Positions 20,929 to 30,297 of a DNA stretch of 47,554 nt are shown here, one piece after another. Origin of the DNA: Desulfobacterales bacterium (GTDB lineage: Bacteria > Desulfobacterota > Desulfobacteria > Desulfobacterales > UBA5852); contig JASJCD010000006.1 in assembly GCA_030066135.1 (NCBI GenBank), forward strand, positions 1 to 47,554, written 5' to 3'. Positions within the stretch are counted from its first letter, which is position 1, and the number at the start of each line of letters is the position of its first letter. The notes beneath the pieces were generated by a model. That model had not been told where the DNA came from, made no database searches, and saw only the letters and a list, made by a program, of their open reading frames with translations. A program made the translations under genes and the position numbers.

Positions 20929-21006
20929 AGCGACGGCGAGAGGTTGAACCCGGCGCCGGAGCGAATGGCCCTCGGGGCCGGGTGTATTTACGGTATTGTA
21001 TTAATT

Positions 21007-22080
21007 TCAGTGGGTTGGCTGTAAACCTTTGAGCCGGTAGACATAGGCCAGGACCTCGGCGATGGCCTGGTAGAGTTCGACCGGTACCGGATCCCCTATT
21101 TCGGTGGTTTTATAGAGTGAGCGCGCCAGAGGTTTGTTTTCGACCAGGGGCACGTCATGCGCCTGGGCGGTTTCGCGGATGCGCTGGGCCATGAGGTCGG
21201 CCCCTTTGGCGACCACCACCGGTGCGGCCATCGTATCCGCATCGAATTGGATGGCAATGGACAGGTGGGTCGGGTTGGTGATGACCACGTCCGCTTCCGG
21301 CACCATTTCCATCATGCGCCGACGGGCCATCTCGATCTGCATACTGCGGATCCGTGATTTGATCTGGGGATCACCGTTCATTTGCTTGCGCTCTTCCTTG
21401 ATCTCCTGTTTGGTCATCATCAGTTCTTTCTGATGTTGCCAGCGCTGATAGGCGAAATCTGCCGCCGCCATGACAATCAGGCCAAGACAGACGAAAAAAG
21501 CAATCTTGAATGCCGATTCACCCGTGAAGACCATGATGCGCGCAATGTCGAATTGCGTGAGCGCCGGAATCACATCCAGATCCTGTTTGAGGATCAGATA
21601 GGCTATGGCGCCAATGAACAGGATCTTGAAAACCGATTTGAGCAGTTCGACCAATGATTTGAGGGAAACGAGCCGTTTGAGGCCGCTGAGTGGATTGATT
21701 TTCTTGAAATTCGGGACCAGGGCATCTTCTTTCAGCAGAAAACCGAACTGGGAGACATTGGCCAGGAGGCCGACAACGATCAGGGTCAGCATGATCGGTG
21801 CGAGGATGACGAACACCTGGTCAAAACACCAACGGGCCAGTGAACTGGCGGACAGGGCATCCTGGAGGACAGGCTCATTGAGCCGCTGATAGCTCCCGGC
21901 AATCAGCCCCTGGAGCCGCTGAAACATGAAACCGCCGGCAAAATAAAAAAACCCCAGGGCGGCCAGCAGAATCATGGCGGACGGAATTTCGCGGCTCTGG
22001 GCGACCTGGCCTTTTTTACGGGCGTCCTGAAGTTTCTTGGGTGTAGGCTTTTCGGTGCGGTCGCTCTTGTCACTGGGCAT
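21007..22080 (-). CDS. flhB: Flagellar export protein FlhB
   Basis: Contains MPSDKSDRTEKPTPKKLQDARKKGQVAQSRE, the NPTH autocleavage site (VVITNPTHLSIA) and a C-terminal PLARSLY. Confidence 0.95.
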   Translation of the reverse strand: MPSDKSDRTEKPTPKKLQDARKKGQVAQSREIPSAMILLAALGFFYFAGGFMFQRLQGLIAGSYQRLNEPVLQDALSASSLARWCFDQVFVILAPIMLTLIVVGLLANVSQFGFLLKEDALVPNFKKINPLSGLKRLVSLKSLVELLKSVFKILFIGAIAYLILKQDLDVIPALTQFDIARIMVFTGESAFKIAFFVCLGLIVMAAADFAYQRWQHQKELMMTKQEIKEERKQMNGDPQIKSRIRSMQIEMARRRMMEMVPEADVVITNPTHLSIAIQFDADTMAAPVVVAKGADLMAQRIRETAQAHDVPLVENKPLARSLYKTTEIGDPVPVELYQAIAEVLAYVYRLKGLQPTH

Positions 22081-22089
22081 TGACGCCTC

Positions 22090-22872
22090 CTAGGGCCCCA
22101 TCATGCGGACCACCGTATTCAGGCTGGCGCCGAAATCCTGAAAGAGCTCAACCATAAAAAGACGCAGATAAGGCAGGCTCAATATGACGAATACAAGCCC
22201 CACCACGATCTTTAGCGGCATGGCCACGATGAAGATATTCATCTGGGGAACCGTCCGGGCGAGGAGACCAAAAGCCACACTGGTGAGAAGCAGGACGACG
22301 ATGACAGGGGCACCGATCTTGACGGCAATCACAAACATGGCCCCGGCCGTGTCAACGAGATGGCTGACGATCGACGCCGAGAGACGGAACTCAAACAGCG
22401 GCAAGAGGGTGAAACTATCCACCAGACTGCGGAAAAACCAGTGGTGGGCATCGATGGTGAGAAAAATGAGCATGGCCAGCAAATTATAAGCCTGGGCCAG
22501 GATGGGAATCTGCAGGCTCGTGGCCGGGTCCATGATGTTGGCGATGGCAAGCCCCATCTGGTAGCCGGCGATCTGGCCGGCCAGCTGGACGCCGGCGAAC
22601 AGTATCCGTACGAGCAGCCCGATGCAGGCACCGAGCAGGACTTCGCCCATGACGCCCATGGTCAGGACTCCCCAGTTCTGGAGTCCGCCGGTGCGCCCGA
22701 GATCGAGGGCGGGGAAAACCGCCAGGGCAATGGCCAGGGCCAATCCCGCCTTGATCATGTTCGGCAGATTGTGGCTGCTGAATACGGGCATGGCGGCAAA
22801 GATGGCCACCACCCGCACCAGTACCATGAAAAAGAGCATCAACTCGTCAAAGGGGATTCGCAGGGCAAGCAT
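22090..22872 (-). CDS. fliR: Flagellar export protein FliR
   Basis: 260-aa polytopic membrane protein between fliQ and flhB. Contains AGVQLAGQIAGYQMGLAIANIMDP. Confidence 0.9.
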   Translation of the reverse strand: MLALRIPFDELMLFFMVLVRVVAIFAAMPVFSSHNLPNMIKAGLALAIALAVFPALDLGRTGGLQNWGVLTMGVMGEVLLGACIGLLVRILFAGVQLAGQIAGYQMGLAIANIMDPATSLQIPILAQAYNLLAMLIFLTIDAHHWFFRSLVDSFTLLPLFEFRLSASIVSHLVDTAGAMFVIAVKIGAPVIVVLLLTSVAFGLLARTVPQMNIFIVAMPLKIVVGLVFVILSLPYLRLFMVELFQDFGASLNTVVRMMGP

Positions 22873-22887
22873 GGTGATGACCCGCGG

Positions 22888-23157
22888 CTACCTGAGCATG
22901 TCCGGCATGCTGATCAGCAGATTCCGGAGAAAGTCGATCAGCACCTGCAGCATCCAGGGAAAAGCGACCAGGAGGGCTATGGCCACGGCCAGCATCTTGG
23001 GGATAAAGGTCATGGTCATTTCGTTGATCGAGGTGGCCGCCTGGAAAATACTGATCAGGAGACCGGTCACCAGGCCCGCCAGCAGCATGGGGGCCGCCAG
23101 AATGATGGTGATCTTGATGGCTTCCAGGAAAAAACCCGTTACGAATTCCGGTGTCAT
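22888..23157 (-). CDS. fliQ: Flagellar export protein FliQ
   Basis: 89 aa from the ATG at 23157. Contains MTPEFVTGFFLEAIKITIILAAPMLLAGLVTGLLISIFQAATSINEMT. Confidence 0.92.
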   Translation of the reverse strand: MTPEFVTGFFLEAIKITIILAAPMLLAGLVTGLLISIFQAATSINEMTMTFIPKMLAVAIALLVAFPWMLQVLIDFLRNLLISMPDMLR

Positions 23158-23173
23158 GACCGATTCGTCTCCA

Positions 23174-23962
23174 TCAGGCAAATCCCTTTACGAGGGATCC
23201 CACGATTAAATGCCAGCCATCGGCCAGTACGAAAAGCATCAGCTTGAACGGCAGCGATACCATTACCGGCGGAAGCATCATCATCCCCATGGAAAGCAAC
23301 ACACTGGCCACCACCATATCGATAATCAGAAAAGGTACATAGAGCATGAAGGCCATTTGGAAGGCTGTCTTGAGCTCACTGATGATGAAGGATGGAATCA
23401 GAACACTGGTGTCCACCTCCTCCATATTGCTCGGGCGCGGCCGTTTGGCCACTTCGATCATCATGGCCAGATCCTTTTCGCGGGTCTGCTTGAACATGAA
23501 AGTGCGTACCGGTCTGATGGCCCGTTCGAAGGCCTCGCTCTGGGAAATCTTTTTGTCCAGATACGGCTGGACCGCGTTCTGATTCACGTTCTGCCAGACC
23601 GGTGTCATGATGAAGAAAGTTAGAAAAAGGGCCAGTCCGATAATGATCTGGTTGGGCGGCATGGATTGGGTTCCGATGGCCTGCCGCAGGACGGAGAGGA
23701 CGATGGCAATCCGTGTGAACGAGGTCAGCATGATCAGAATGGCCGGCGCCAGTGACAACACCGTCATCAGCAGGAAAATCTGCATGACCACCGATGTACG
23801 GCCCGGATCGCCCTGCCCATCCATCTGGATATTGATGAAGGGCGCCTCGGCCGCTTCGGCGGCCAGGCCTTGGGGGGCCAGCACCAGGATGCCCACGATG
23901 GCCGCTAGCGCCCAAAGCAGGTGGCATCTTTTCGGTCTCGCCTTGTGGCATCCGCCGTTCAT
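23174..23962 (-). CDS. fliP: Flagellar export protein FliP
   Basis: Signal peptide, then LLTVLSLAPAILIMLTSFTRIAIVLSVLRQAIG and PFKLMLFVLADGW. Confidence 0.93.
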   Translation of the reverse strand: MNGGCHKARPKRCHLLWALAAIVGILVLAPQGLAAEAAEAPFINIQMDGQGDPGRTSVVMQIFLLMTVLSLAPAILIMLTSFTRIAIVLSVLRQAIGTQSMPPNQIIIGLALFLTFFIMTPVWQNVNQNAVQPYLDKKISQSEAFERAIRPVRTFMFKQTREKDLAMMIEVAKRPRPSNMEEVDTSVLIPSFIISELKTAFQMAFMLYVPFLIIDMVVASVLLSMGMMMLPPVMVSLPFKLMLFVLADGWHLIVGSLVKGFA

Positions 23963-24354
23963 ACGCTTTCATCCTGACGGCGGGCGGGCGTCATCCCCTT
24001 GAAGGTCGAGGTCAACTGCCGCAGATGGTCTTTGAAACTTTGCGCGGGCGCTGTGCCTGGTTGTGCCGACGCCGCACCGTGCGCACCATCGGGATCATCG
24101 ATGCGGTCGAGCAGCGTGATACGATCGGCGGTCACACCCAGCACCAGAACCGCGCCCGGCACCTGGACCATGGCGATGCTCTTTTTGACGCCCAGGTGGG
24201 CATTTTCCAGAACACTGATCCGACGTCCGGAGCGGCCTCTCCCCGCATGAATCTGGCGGCGAAGATAATAATTCAAAAAGATCAAACCGGCCACGATGCT
24301 TACCAGCACGGCGATCATCTTCAAACTGTCGGCAAACAAGGGGGATGGCGTCAT
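23959..24354 (-). CDS. fliO: Flagellar protein FliO
   Basis: 131 aa with one TM segment (LKMIAVLVSIVAGLIFLNYYL). ATGA overlaps occur with both the fliN stop and the fliP start. The longer ORF-track N-terminus overlaps fliN in another frame. Confidence 0.7.
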   Translation of the reverse strand: MTPSPLFADSLKMIAVLVSIVAGLIFLNYYLRRQIHAGRGRSGRRISVLENAHLGVKKSIAMVQVPGAVLVLGVTADRITLLDRIDDPDGAHGAASAQPGTAPAQSFKDHLRQLTSTFKGMTPARRQDESV

Positions 24355-24722
24355 CGCAACTGCTCCACGCGTTCCATGGGACTGATGATCTCGGTCACAC
24401 GAATCCCGTATTTCTCGTTGATCACCACCACTTCGCCCCGTGCCACCGGTTTCTGGTTGGCCATAATCTCCAACGTTTCGCCGGCCAGTTTGGATAGCTC
24501 GATGACCGATCCCTGGCCCAGCTTCAGAAGATCGTTTACCAGCATCTGGGTTCGCCCCAGTTCCACCGACACCTCCAGAGGGATATCGAGGATAAATCCG
24601 AGATTGGCCGATTGGTCGGGACGGCTTTTTTCGCTCAAGGCTGAAAACTGGTAGTTTTCCTTTTCCGGGGTGTTGGCGGTCTCGTTCAGAGCGGTGTTTC
24701 CCTGTTCGTTGACTGAACTCAT
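24351..24722 (-). CDS. fliN: Flagellar motor switch protein FliN
   Basis: Contains the SpoA domain: LGFILDIPLEVSVELGRTQMLVNDLLKLGQGSVIELSKLAGETLEIMANQKPVARGEVVVINEKYGIRVTEI. Confidence 0.93.
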   Translation of the reverse strand: MSSVNEQGNTALNETANTPEKENYQFSALSEKSRPDQSANLGFILDIPLEVSVELGRTQMLVNDLLKLGQGSVIELSKLAGETLEIMANQKPVARGEVVVINEKYGIRVTEIISPMERVEQLR

Positions 24723-24724
24723 AG

Positions 24725-25711
24725 TTATTCGCTCGCAATCTCTTCCGGGATGATGGTTTCCGTCAGTTCGACGGCGCGGTTGCCGTTGATGATGCCGGGA
24801 TAACCCCGATACTTGGGAACGCTTTCGATATTCACCGTAATGGGATCGTGCGGTCCGGTGTTGAGGGTAAAAATATCGTTTTCCTGCAGGCTGAGCAGAT
24901 CACCAAAAGTGTGCACGGTGTGCCCCAACTCGGCGATCATCTGAACTTCGGTTTCTTCCAGGATTTTCTGGATACGGTCGCTGAAGGCATGCTCGGTATC
25001 CTTGGCACGCAGGTATCGCGAAGACAGTTTTTCTTTGATCGGCTCCAGCATGCGATAGGAAAGGCAGATATGGAAGTTGCCCGAGAATTCGTCACTGCTG
25101 ATGGAGAAAACGATGACGATCATCAACTCGTCCGGACTGACCATGTGGACGAACTCGGGTTTGGTTTCGCTCTTTTTAGGGATGATCCGGATCGAAAAAA
25201 CCCGCTCCCAGGCGCGTTCAAAGTCGCCCAGCAATTCGCGGCTCATCCGTCGAATCATGCCGTTCTCAATCGGGGTGAACTCGCGCCGTTGCTTCAGCGG
25301 TTTTCCCTTGCCGCCGAACATGCAGTCGATCATCGAGAAGACGAGGCCCGGTTCGATGGCCAGCAGCGCCGATCCGGTCAGCGGTTCCATGGCGTAAATC
25401 GTAAAGCTGGTTGGATTGGAGAAAGCCTGGATGAAGTCCCCGAACTTGACCATTTCGGTCGAAACGAATTTAACTTCGAAGCTTTGCTGCAGGAGGGACG
25501 ACAGGGAGCTCTGCAGAAGTCCCGAATACTTGTCGTAGACCTCCTCCAGAGCTGAGAACTGATCCCGCAGCATGATGTTCTGGGAGGTCAGATCATAGGC
25601 TTCGGCCCGTGCCTCGGGGGGCTCGTCTTCAACCTTGAGGTCGACCTCACCGCTGTCCATCGCGGTCAGTAAGGCATCAATTTCGTCCTGTGAGAGAACA
25701 TTGTCGGCCAT
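24725..25711 (-). CDS. fliM: Flagellar motor switch protein FliM
   Basis: Contains the N-terminal CheY-P binding motif (LSQDEIDALL) and the FliM middle and C-terminal domains. Confidence 0.93.
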   Translation of the reverse strand: MADNVLSQDEIDALLTAMDSGEVDLKVEDEPPEARAEAYDLTSQNIMLRDQFSALEEVYDKYSGLLQSSLSSLLQQSFEVKFVSTEMVKFGDFIQAFSNPTSFTIYAMEPLTGSALLAIEPGLVFSMIDCMFGGKGKPLKQRREFTPIENGMIRRMSRELLGDFERAWERVFSIRIIPKKSETKPEFVHMVSPDELMIVIVFSISSDEFSGNFHICLSYRMLEPIKEKLSSRYLRAKDTEHAFSDRIQKILEETEVQMIAELGHTVHTFGDLLSLQENDIFTLNTGPHDPITVNIESVPKYRGYPGIINGNRAVELTETIIPEEIASE

Positions 25712-25722
25712 GCGCTTAGGTC

Positions 25723-26211
25723 CTATTGAACCACAAACTCGGTAAAGTAAATGTTGTTGATGACTTCTTTCTTCAGCAGATCATTCAACCGGGTCATGAT
25801 TTCCTGACGCAAGACGGTTTTGCCGTTCACCGAGCGTATCTCCTGAAAGCGTTTGGTGGGCAGAATCATCAAAATGATATCGCGAACCTGAACCAGGCGC
25901 TGTTCGAGAATCTCGACCGGCTCCCCTTCCTTGAGTTCGATTTGCATGGTCACCCGCAGGTAGCGCTTGCGCTCCTCGTCCGCCAGATTGACAATGAATG
26001 TATCCAGCGGAAACATGGCGCCGATGGTCGACAGCCCGTCATCTGTTTCTTCATCGACCTCTTCCTCTTCCGGACGAACGAGGGCGTCCAGATCGGCCAG
26101 CTTGTTCCACATCATGTAAAACCCGCCGCCCACCGCACCGACGAACAACACGGCGACCGCGATGACGGCGATGAGAATGATTTTATTGGTATTGCGTTCC
26201 TTGTCCGCCAT
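25723..26211 (-). CDS. fliL: Flagellar basal-body protein FliL
   Basis: One TM segment (IILIAVIAVAVLFVGAVGGGF), then FIVNLADEERKRYLRVTMQIEL...NIYFTEFVVQ. Confidence 0.88.
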   Translation of the reverse strand: MADKERNTNKIILIAVIAVAVLFVGAVGGGFYMMWNKLADLDALVRPEEEEVDEETDDGLSTIGAMFPLDTFIVNLADEERKRYLRVTMQIELKEGEPVEILEQRLVQVRDIILMILPTKRFQEIRSVNGKTVLRQEIMTRLNDLLKKEVINNIYFTEFVVQ

Positions 26212-26320
26212 GACCTTTTTCCTGATCCTTTCCCCTACCCGAATAATTACATTGCCCACCCGGCGATCATGCCCGGGACGACCGGCAATAGCAGGAAGCC
26301 CTTAAATCGGCTCTATATTT

Positions 26321-26336
26321 AGCAATATATGTGCCA
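26321..26336 (-). promoter_or_regulatory. Sigma54 -24/-12 promoter for fliL-fliM-fliN-fliO-fliP-fliQ-fliR-flhB
   Basis: The minus strand reads TGGCACATATATTGCT, a near-perfect consensus. It lies 110 nt upstream of the fliL ATG. Confidence 0.75.
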
Positions 26337-26466
26337 TTGGCTGGCCGGCTGTCCGGCGCGTCGGTGGGAGGTTAAAATCCCGGTGTTTACGAGGTTCCAC
26401 GGTGGCATCGCGCGGGTTGCGCATGCGTAAAAAATTATCGGGAGGACGTCAGGGGAGGCCTTGGAT

Positions 26467-26490
26467 TTGACACCTGTCAACCCGTTGACA
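26467..26490. promoter_or_regulatory. GTCA-N6-TGAC palindrome with an extra flanking TTGACA half-site
   Basis: TTGACAccTGTCAACCCGTTGACA. The box core is at 26476-26489, about 145 bp upstream of the fliL sigma54 promoter. Confidence 0.45.
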
Positions 26491-26525
26491 GCAGCCAGTG
26501 GGAGGATCGCAGGGCGAATGGTATT

Positions 26526-26572
26526 CGGGCGGGCAGACTTCGTTCGCTATGCAAGGAAGTCTTGCCCGCCCG
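26526..26572 (-). terminator. GC-rich stem-loop after flgE (attenuator or stabiliser; no U-tract)
   Basis: The arm cgggcgggcagacttc pairs with gaagtcttgcccgcccg, giving 15-16 bp with one bulge and a 14-nt loop. It lies 24 nt downstream of the flgE stop on the minus strand. Confidence 0.4.
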
Positions 26573-26595
26573 CCAGATATCTTAGCTGTCAAGCG

Positions 26596-27825
26596 TTACC
26601 GCTTGATATTGATGAGTTCGTTCAGAATTTCATCGCTGGTGGTAATGACCCGCGAGTTGGCCTGGAAAGCGCGTTGGGTCGTGATCATCTTGACAAACTC
26701 CTGGCTCAGGTCGACGTTGGACATCTCGATCGCGCTGGGGCTGATACTGCCCAGCCGCCCGCTGCCGGGAACGCCCGGCATGGCATCACCGGATTGCAGC
26801 GAAGCCGCATAGAGGTTGCCGCCCATCTTGGTCAACCCGTAATAAGACGGAAAATCCGCCAGGGCCACCTGGAACAGCGGCACCAGCTGGCCGTTGGAAT
26901 AGGAGCCGGTGACGACGCCGGTTTCATCCACCGCAACGGAACGCAGCGCGCCTGAGGGATAGCCATTCTGGGTCTGAAAGGTCGTGGCGGACTGGGCGGC
27001 ATATTGGGTCAGGTCGCCGTTGGTCGTGCCGGTGATCGCGTCGTAGAGATCCCAGGTGATCGTCGGCATGCTGGCCCCGTTGGTCAGGGTAAGATCGATG
27101 GTGGGGTCGACGGCGCCGTTCAATGCCCCCGTGGCGGGGTCGAAGGTGATCGCGGTCGGACCGGCCGGTACAACGGCGGAGGCCATCGTGGACCCGGCCT
27201 GCCATGTCCAGGCGTTGTTACCGGTTTTGACGAAATCGATCGTCAGGGGGATATCGTTGCCGAGCGAATCGTAGGCCGTAATCGAGGTTGAATACACATC
27301 GCCCACCGTGGCGCCGGAATTCAAATTGACGTCCACCGTGAATTCCGTCGTGGCCAGGGGAGGGGTCGTGCTCTGGGTCGGGATCTGGATGGCATTCAAA
27401 GGTCCCAGGTTGAGGGAACCGTCGCCATTGACAGACATCACGGAATAGCCCTGCAACTGCAAATCATCCGGGTTTACCAGACGTCCGTCGCGATCAAAGG
27501 TGAACTCGCCGGCGCGGGTATAATAATCCGCCCCGGTGCTGTCCGTGACTGTAAAAAAGCCTCGGCCGTTGATGGCCATATCCATGGGAGCGCTCGTGTT
27601 TTCAAACGAACCCTGGCTCCAGATAGGGGTTGTCCCCCAGAACTCAACGCCTCGGCCGATATCGTTGCCGCCCCCTCCGATGGCCTGACTCAGCACGTTG
27701 GCAAAAGACGCCCGGTTGGATTTGAATGCGGTGGTGTTGACGTTGGCAATGTTGTCGCCAATTACGGTCATGGCCGTCGCGTTGGCGTTCAGTCCGGAAA
27801 TACCTGCAAACAATGATCCGATCAT
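26596..27825 (-). CDS. flgE: Flagellar hook protein FlgE
   Basis: Contains MIGSLFAGISGLNANATAMTVIGDNIANVNTTAFK and a C-terminal SNVDLSQEFVKMITTQRAFQANSRVITTSDEIL. Confidence 0.93.
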   Translation of the reverse strand: MIGSLFAGISGLNANATAMTVIGDNIANVNTTAFKSNRASFANVLSQAIGGGGNDIGRGVEFWGTTPIWSQGSFENTSAPMDMAINGRGFFTVTDSTGADYYTRAGEFTFDRDGRLVNPDDLQLQGYSVMSVNGDGSLNLGPLNAIQIPTQSTTPPLATTEFTVDVNLNSGATVGDVYSTSITAYDSLGNDIPLTIDFVKTGNNAWTWQAGSTMASAVVPAGPTAITFDPATGALNGAVDPTIDLTLTNGASMPTITWDLYDAITGTTNGDLTQYAAQSATTFQTQNGYPSGALRSVAVDETGVVTGSYSNGQLVPLFQVALADFPSYYGLTKMGGNLYAASLQSGDAMPGVPGSGRLGSISPSAIEMSNVDLSQEFVKMITTQRAFQANSRVITTSDEILNELINIKR

Positions 27826-27903
27826 CGTTTCCTCCTGTGGATTAGCTATTCATTGAATTCTATCTAAATTGGTCCTTGTGGTGATCTGTTTGTGCCGAAT
27901 GCA

Positions 27904-28584
27904 TCACTCCGCCGCGGGGGATGTCGGCCGCACCACTTCAATCACGTCTGCCAGCCGCACCTCGCGCTCGCCAACCATGAGTACGGGGGCGCCATCCTTG
28001 AAGGCCACACCGTCGACCCGTCCCGTGCTAAGGGGGCGCACGTCTATTTCACCGCCGCTGGCATCGACGGCCACGGCCTCAAAACGGTAGTTCCCCCCGG
28101 GAAGCGGATTGCCGTTTAGATCTTGACCGTTCCAGGTGGTGGTCTGTCGGCCCGCCGGCATGGCGCCCGTTTCAAACGAGGCCACAAACCCTCCCCGGGC
28201 ATCGTAAACGCTCAAGTATACATTGTGGGCCGGCGCCTGCAGATCGATCGCGAGCGATGTCGCGTTTTGCCCATCGTGCGCGAAGGCATTGCCGTCGGAA
28301 AGGACGTTGTGTCCGATGTAGCTCACGGCCTGTGAATTGGCGAAAGCGTTTTGGGACTGTACCAGTTCCGTTAGTTGTCCGCTCATATTGCTCAATTGTT
28401 CCAGGGAGCTGAACTGGGCCAACTGGGCTGTAAAATCCGCGCTGTCCATAGGATTCAGGGGATCCTGATACTGAAGTTGTGTCACCAGCAGATTCAGGAA
28501 GTCATCCCTTCCCAGTTCTCCGGGTTTGGCGGCTTCACCGCCACTGGCGGCGGGAGTTGTGGGTTCGACGCCTGCAATGCTCAT
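27904..28584 (-). CDS. flgD: Flagellar hook capping/assembly protein FlgD
   Basis: Contains LGRDDFLNLLVTQLQYQDPLNPMD and a FlgD Ig-like C-terminal part (WNGQDLNGNPLPGGNYRF). Confidence 0.9.
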   Translation of the reverse strand: MSIAGVEPTTPAASGGEAAKPGELGRDDFLNLLVTQLQYQDPLNPMDSADFTAQLAQFSSLEQLSNMSGQLTELVQSQNAFANSQAVSYIGHNVLSDGNAFAHDGQNATSLAIDLQAPAHNVYLSVYDARGGFVASFETGAMPAGRQTTTWNGQDLNGNPLPGGNYRFEAVAVDASGGEIDVRPLSTGRVDGVAFKDGAPVLMVGEREVRLADVIEVVRPTSPAAE

Positions 28585-28646
28585 GGTTGCCTTATCTCCT
28601 GTATCGTCTTGGCGGGCTTGATGTGACCGCCAGGGTGTCGTCTATA

Positions 28647-30203
28647 TCAGGCGAAAAAATCGACCCCGACGGATTTGGGCGGCTGCCCCGCCACGTGATC
28701 CTCGGTGTCCTCATCCGTGTGCTGTTCGACGTTTTCATCCCGGCCTCCGTTTTTTTGACGGGCGGCCGACGCATTCTGCTGTTGGCGTCCATGCCGGCTC
28801 AGGTTCTGCTGGTCATCGGAAAGAAGCACATCGAATTTTTCCACTTCGAGCCCCTGCTGCTGCAATTCCAATTTCAACTGTGGCAGGTGCGTTTCAAGCA
28901 GATCACGGGCCATGGAAAATTCCGTCATGATCTTGACACTGACACTGTTGTTCTCGGTCGTAATCTGGACGCGGAGGCTGCCAAGATGATCCGGTTTGAG
29001 GGCGATGCGGGCTTCAGACTGCCCACCCCGGACACTAACGGCAACGCGTTCGACAATTTGAGCGATGTTGTTCTCACGAAATGATGCCGTAGACAGCGAA
29101 ACGTCCTCCTTGGCAATCGTCATGGCTGGGGAAGCCTTGTGAAGCGGCGCTTGCGCGACGCGGTCGACCGGTGTCAGCCATTCCGGCCGGACCGCGGCAT
29201 CGGACGCTGACGGGCGGACAAACCGGTTTGATGCCATCGGCTTTTCAACCAGGGTCGAATCCAGTAGCACTTTGGCTTCGGACTGCCCTTCGGTCGATTG
29301 GGTCTGCTCAGGGGTGGGCGCTTCAACCATTACTTTAGGTTCCGATCGTTTTGTGTCTGTCATCGTATTGCTTTTTTTATTTGCGCGCCCGATTGCGTTC
29401 GGCAATACTTGGGTTTCGGAAAGCGTTGCCGATGTTGCCGGGGTCGTGTTCCCATCTGTCGGGCGGGCCGTGTTGACCTTCGTCGCATTCGAGGCGATCG
29501 TCTGCTCCCGTATCCGCGCTTCAAGCGCGTCCGGCAGATCTTCCCCGCCATCAGGGGTGACATTCGATGGCACGATCTTTTCTGAGGCTACCGGTCGCAC
29601 AAGTTTGGAGTGCTTTTGCATTACATGCAAATCGGTCTCTGCAGGATCATGAACCGGCACGCTTTGCCTGACATCCGGCCTCATCTCGGTTGCGGTCGTC
29701 ATGGCCGTCTTGGGTTTGGCGATTGAGGCCGACACATCACCGGGCGGTAACTTTTCTTCACCGCTAGCCACGGCACCTTTTGCTTCCGCAGCCACGCCAT
29801 CATCCGCAGCCAAACGCGTTAAATTTTCCCCGGTAGCGGGCAGGGTGCGGTCCACGAATTCTGCTGCCGGTTTTTCATTCGCGATAGCTTTTTCAAGAAT
29901 TAGGTCTTCTTTTGGGTGATTCTCCGCGGCGGCTTCGATAAGCAGATGATCCGTTTCCGTAAGGATTGTCTCAGGCGCCAGGGACTCCCCATCGGCAGGA
30001 TTCGCAACCGTCTCGTCGTTTGCGGTTGCATCACTTTCCGCGATCGTTCGACTTTCATTTGATTCCTTGGCCGGTGATTCGTCATTGAGTTTTCGCAGGG
30101 CCGACATGAAGCTTGGCGAATCCTCTTGCCCGGATTTATGCGGGGCGTTGCCGCGATGGCCTTCATTTGATGGGGCCACCGGGATTTCAGCTTTGGTCGG
30201 CAT
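28647..30203 (-). CDS. fliK: Flagellar hook-length control protein FliK
   Basis: The C-terminal Flg_hook domain is present (ARIALKPDHLGSLRVQITTENNSVSVKIMTEFSMARDLLETHLPQLKLELQQQGL). I moved the start to the ATG at 30203 (MPTKAEIP) because the ORF-track ATG at 30293 lies inside a sigma54 promoter. Confidence 0.8.
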   Translation of the reverse strand: MPTKAEIPVAPSNEGHRGNAPHKSGQEDSPSFMSALRKLNDESPAKESNESRTIAESDATANDETVANPADGESLAPETILTETDHLLIEAAAENHPKEDLILEKAIANEKPAAEFVDRTLPATGENLTRLAADDGVAAEAKGAVASGEEKLPPGDVSASIAKPKTAMTTATEMRPDVRQSVPVHDPAETDLHVMQKHSKLVRPVASEKIVPSNVTPDGGEDLPDALEARIREQTIASNATKVNTARPTDGNTTPATSATLSETQVLPNAIGRANKKSNTMTDTKRSEPKVMVEAPTPEQTQSTEGQSEAKVLLDSTLVEKPMASNRFVRPSASDAAVRPEWLTPVDRVAQAPLHKASPAMTIAKEDVSLSTASFRENNIAQIVERVAVSVRGGQSEARIALKPDHLGSLRVQITTENNSVSVKIMTEFSMARDLLETHLPQLKLELQQQGLEVEKFDVLLSDDQQNLSRHGRQQQNASAARQKNGGRDENVEQHTDEDTEDHVAGQPPKSVGVDFFA

Positions 30204-30281
30204 TGTGAGCGCAGCGTTCAATATCGTTTTCCTTTCTAATCCAGACAGGGATGAATGAAGATGCCGTTTGAGAAGGAGTAA

Positions 30282-30297
30282 AGCATAAAACATGCCA
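30282..30297 (-). promoter_or_regulatory. Sigma54 -24/-12 promoter for fliK-flgD-flgE
   Basis: The minus strand reads TGGCATGTTTTATGCT. It lies 79 nt upstream of the ATG at 30203. Confidence 0.6.

Noticed and set aside
24355-24738. An N-terminal 128-aa extension of the fliO ORF (ORF track 23959-24738).
   Set aside because: The extension overlaps almost the whole of fliN in another frame and is Arg/Gly-rich. The internal ATG at 24354 gives a typical single-TM FliO and forms an ATGA junction with the fliN stop.
20914-26490. The TTGACA/TGTCAA hexamers interpreted as sigma70 -35 boxes.
   Set aside because: No TATAAT-like hexamer lies 16-19 nt downstream on either strand at 20914-20929 or 26467-26490. 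Their palindromic pairing and their position upstream of -24/-12 promoters fit activator sites better. The copy at 43065-43070 does have a -10 and is reported separately as a possible sigma70 promoter.
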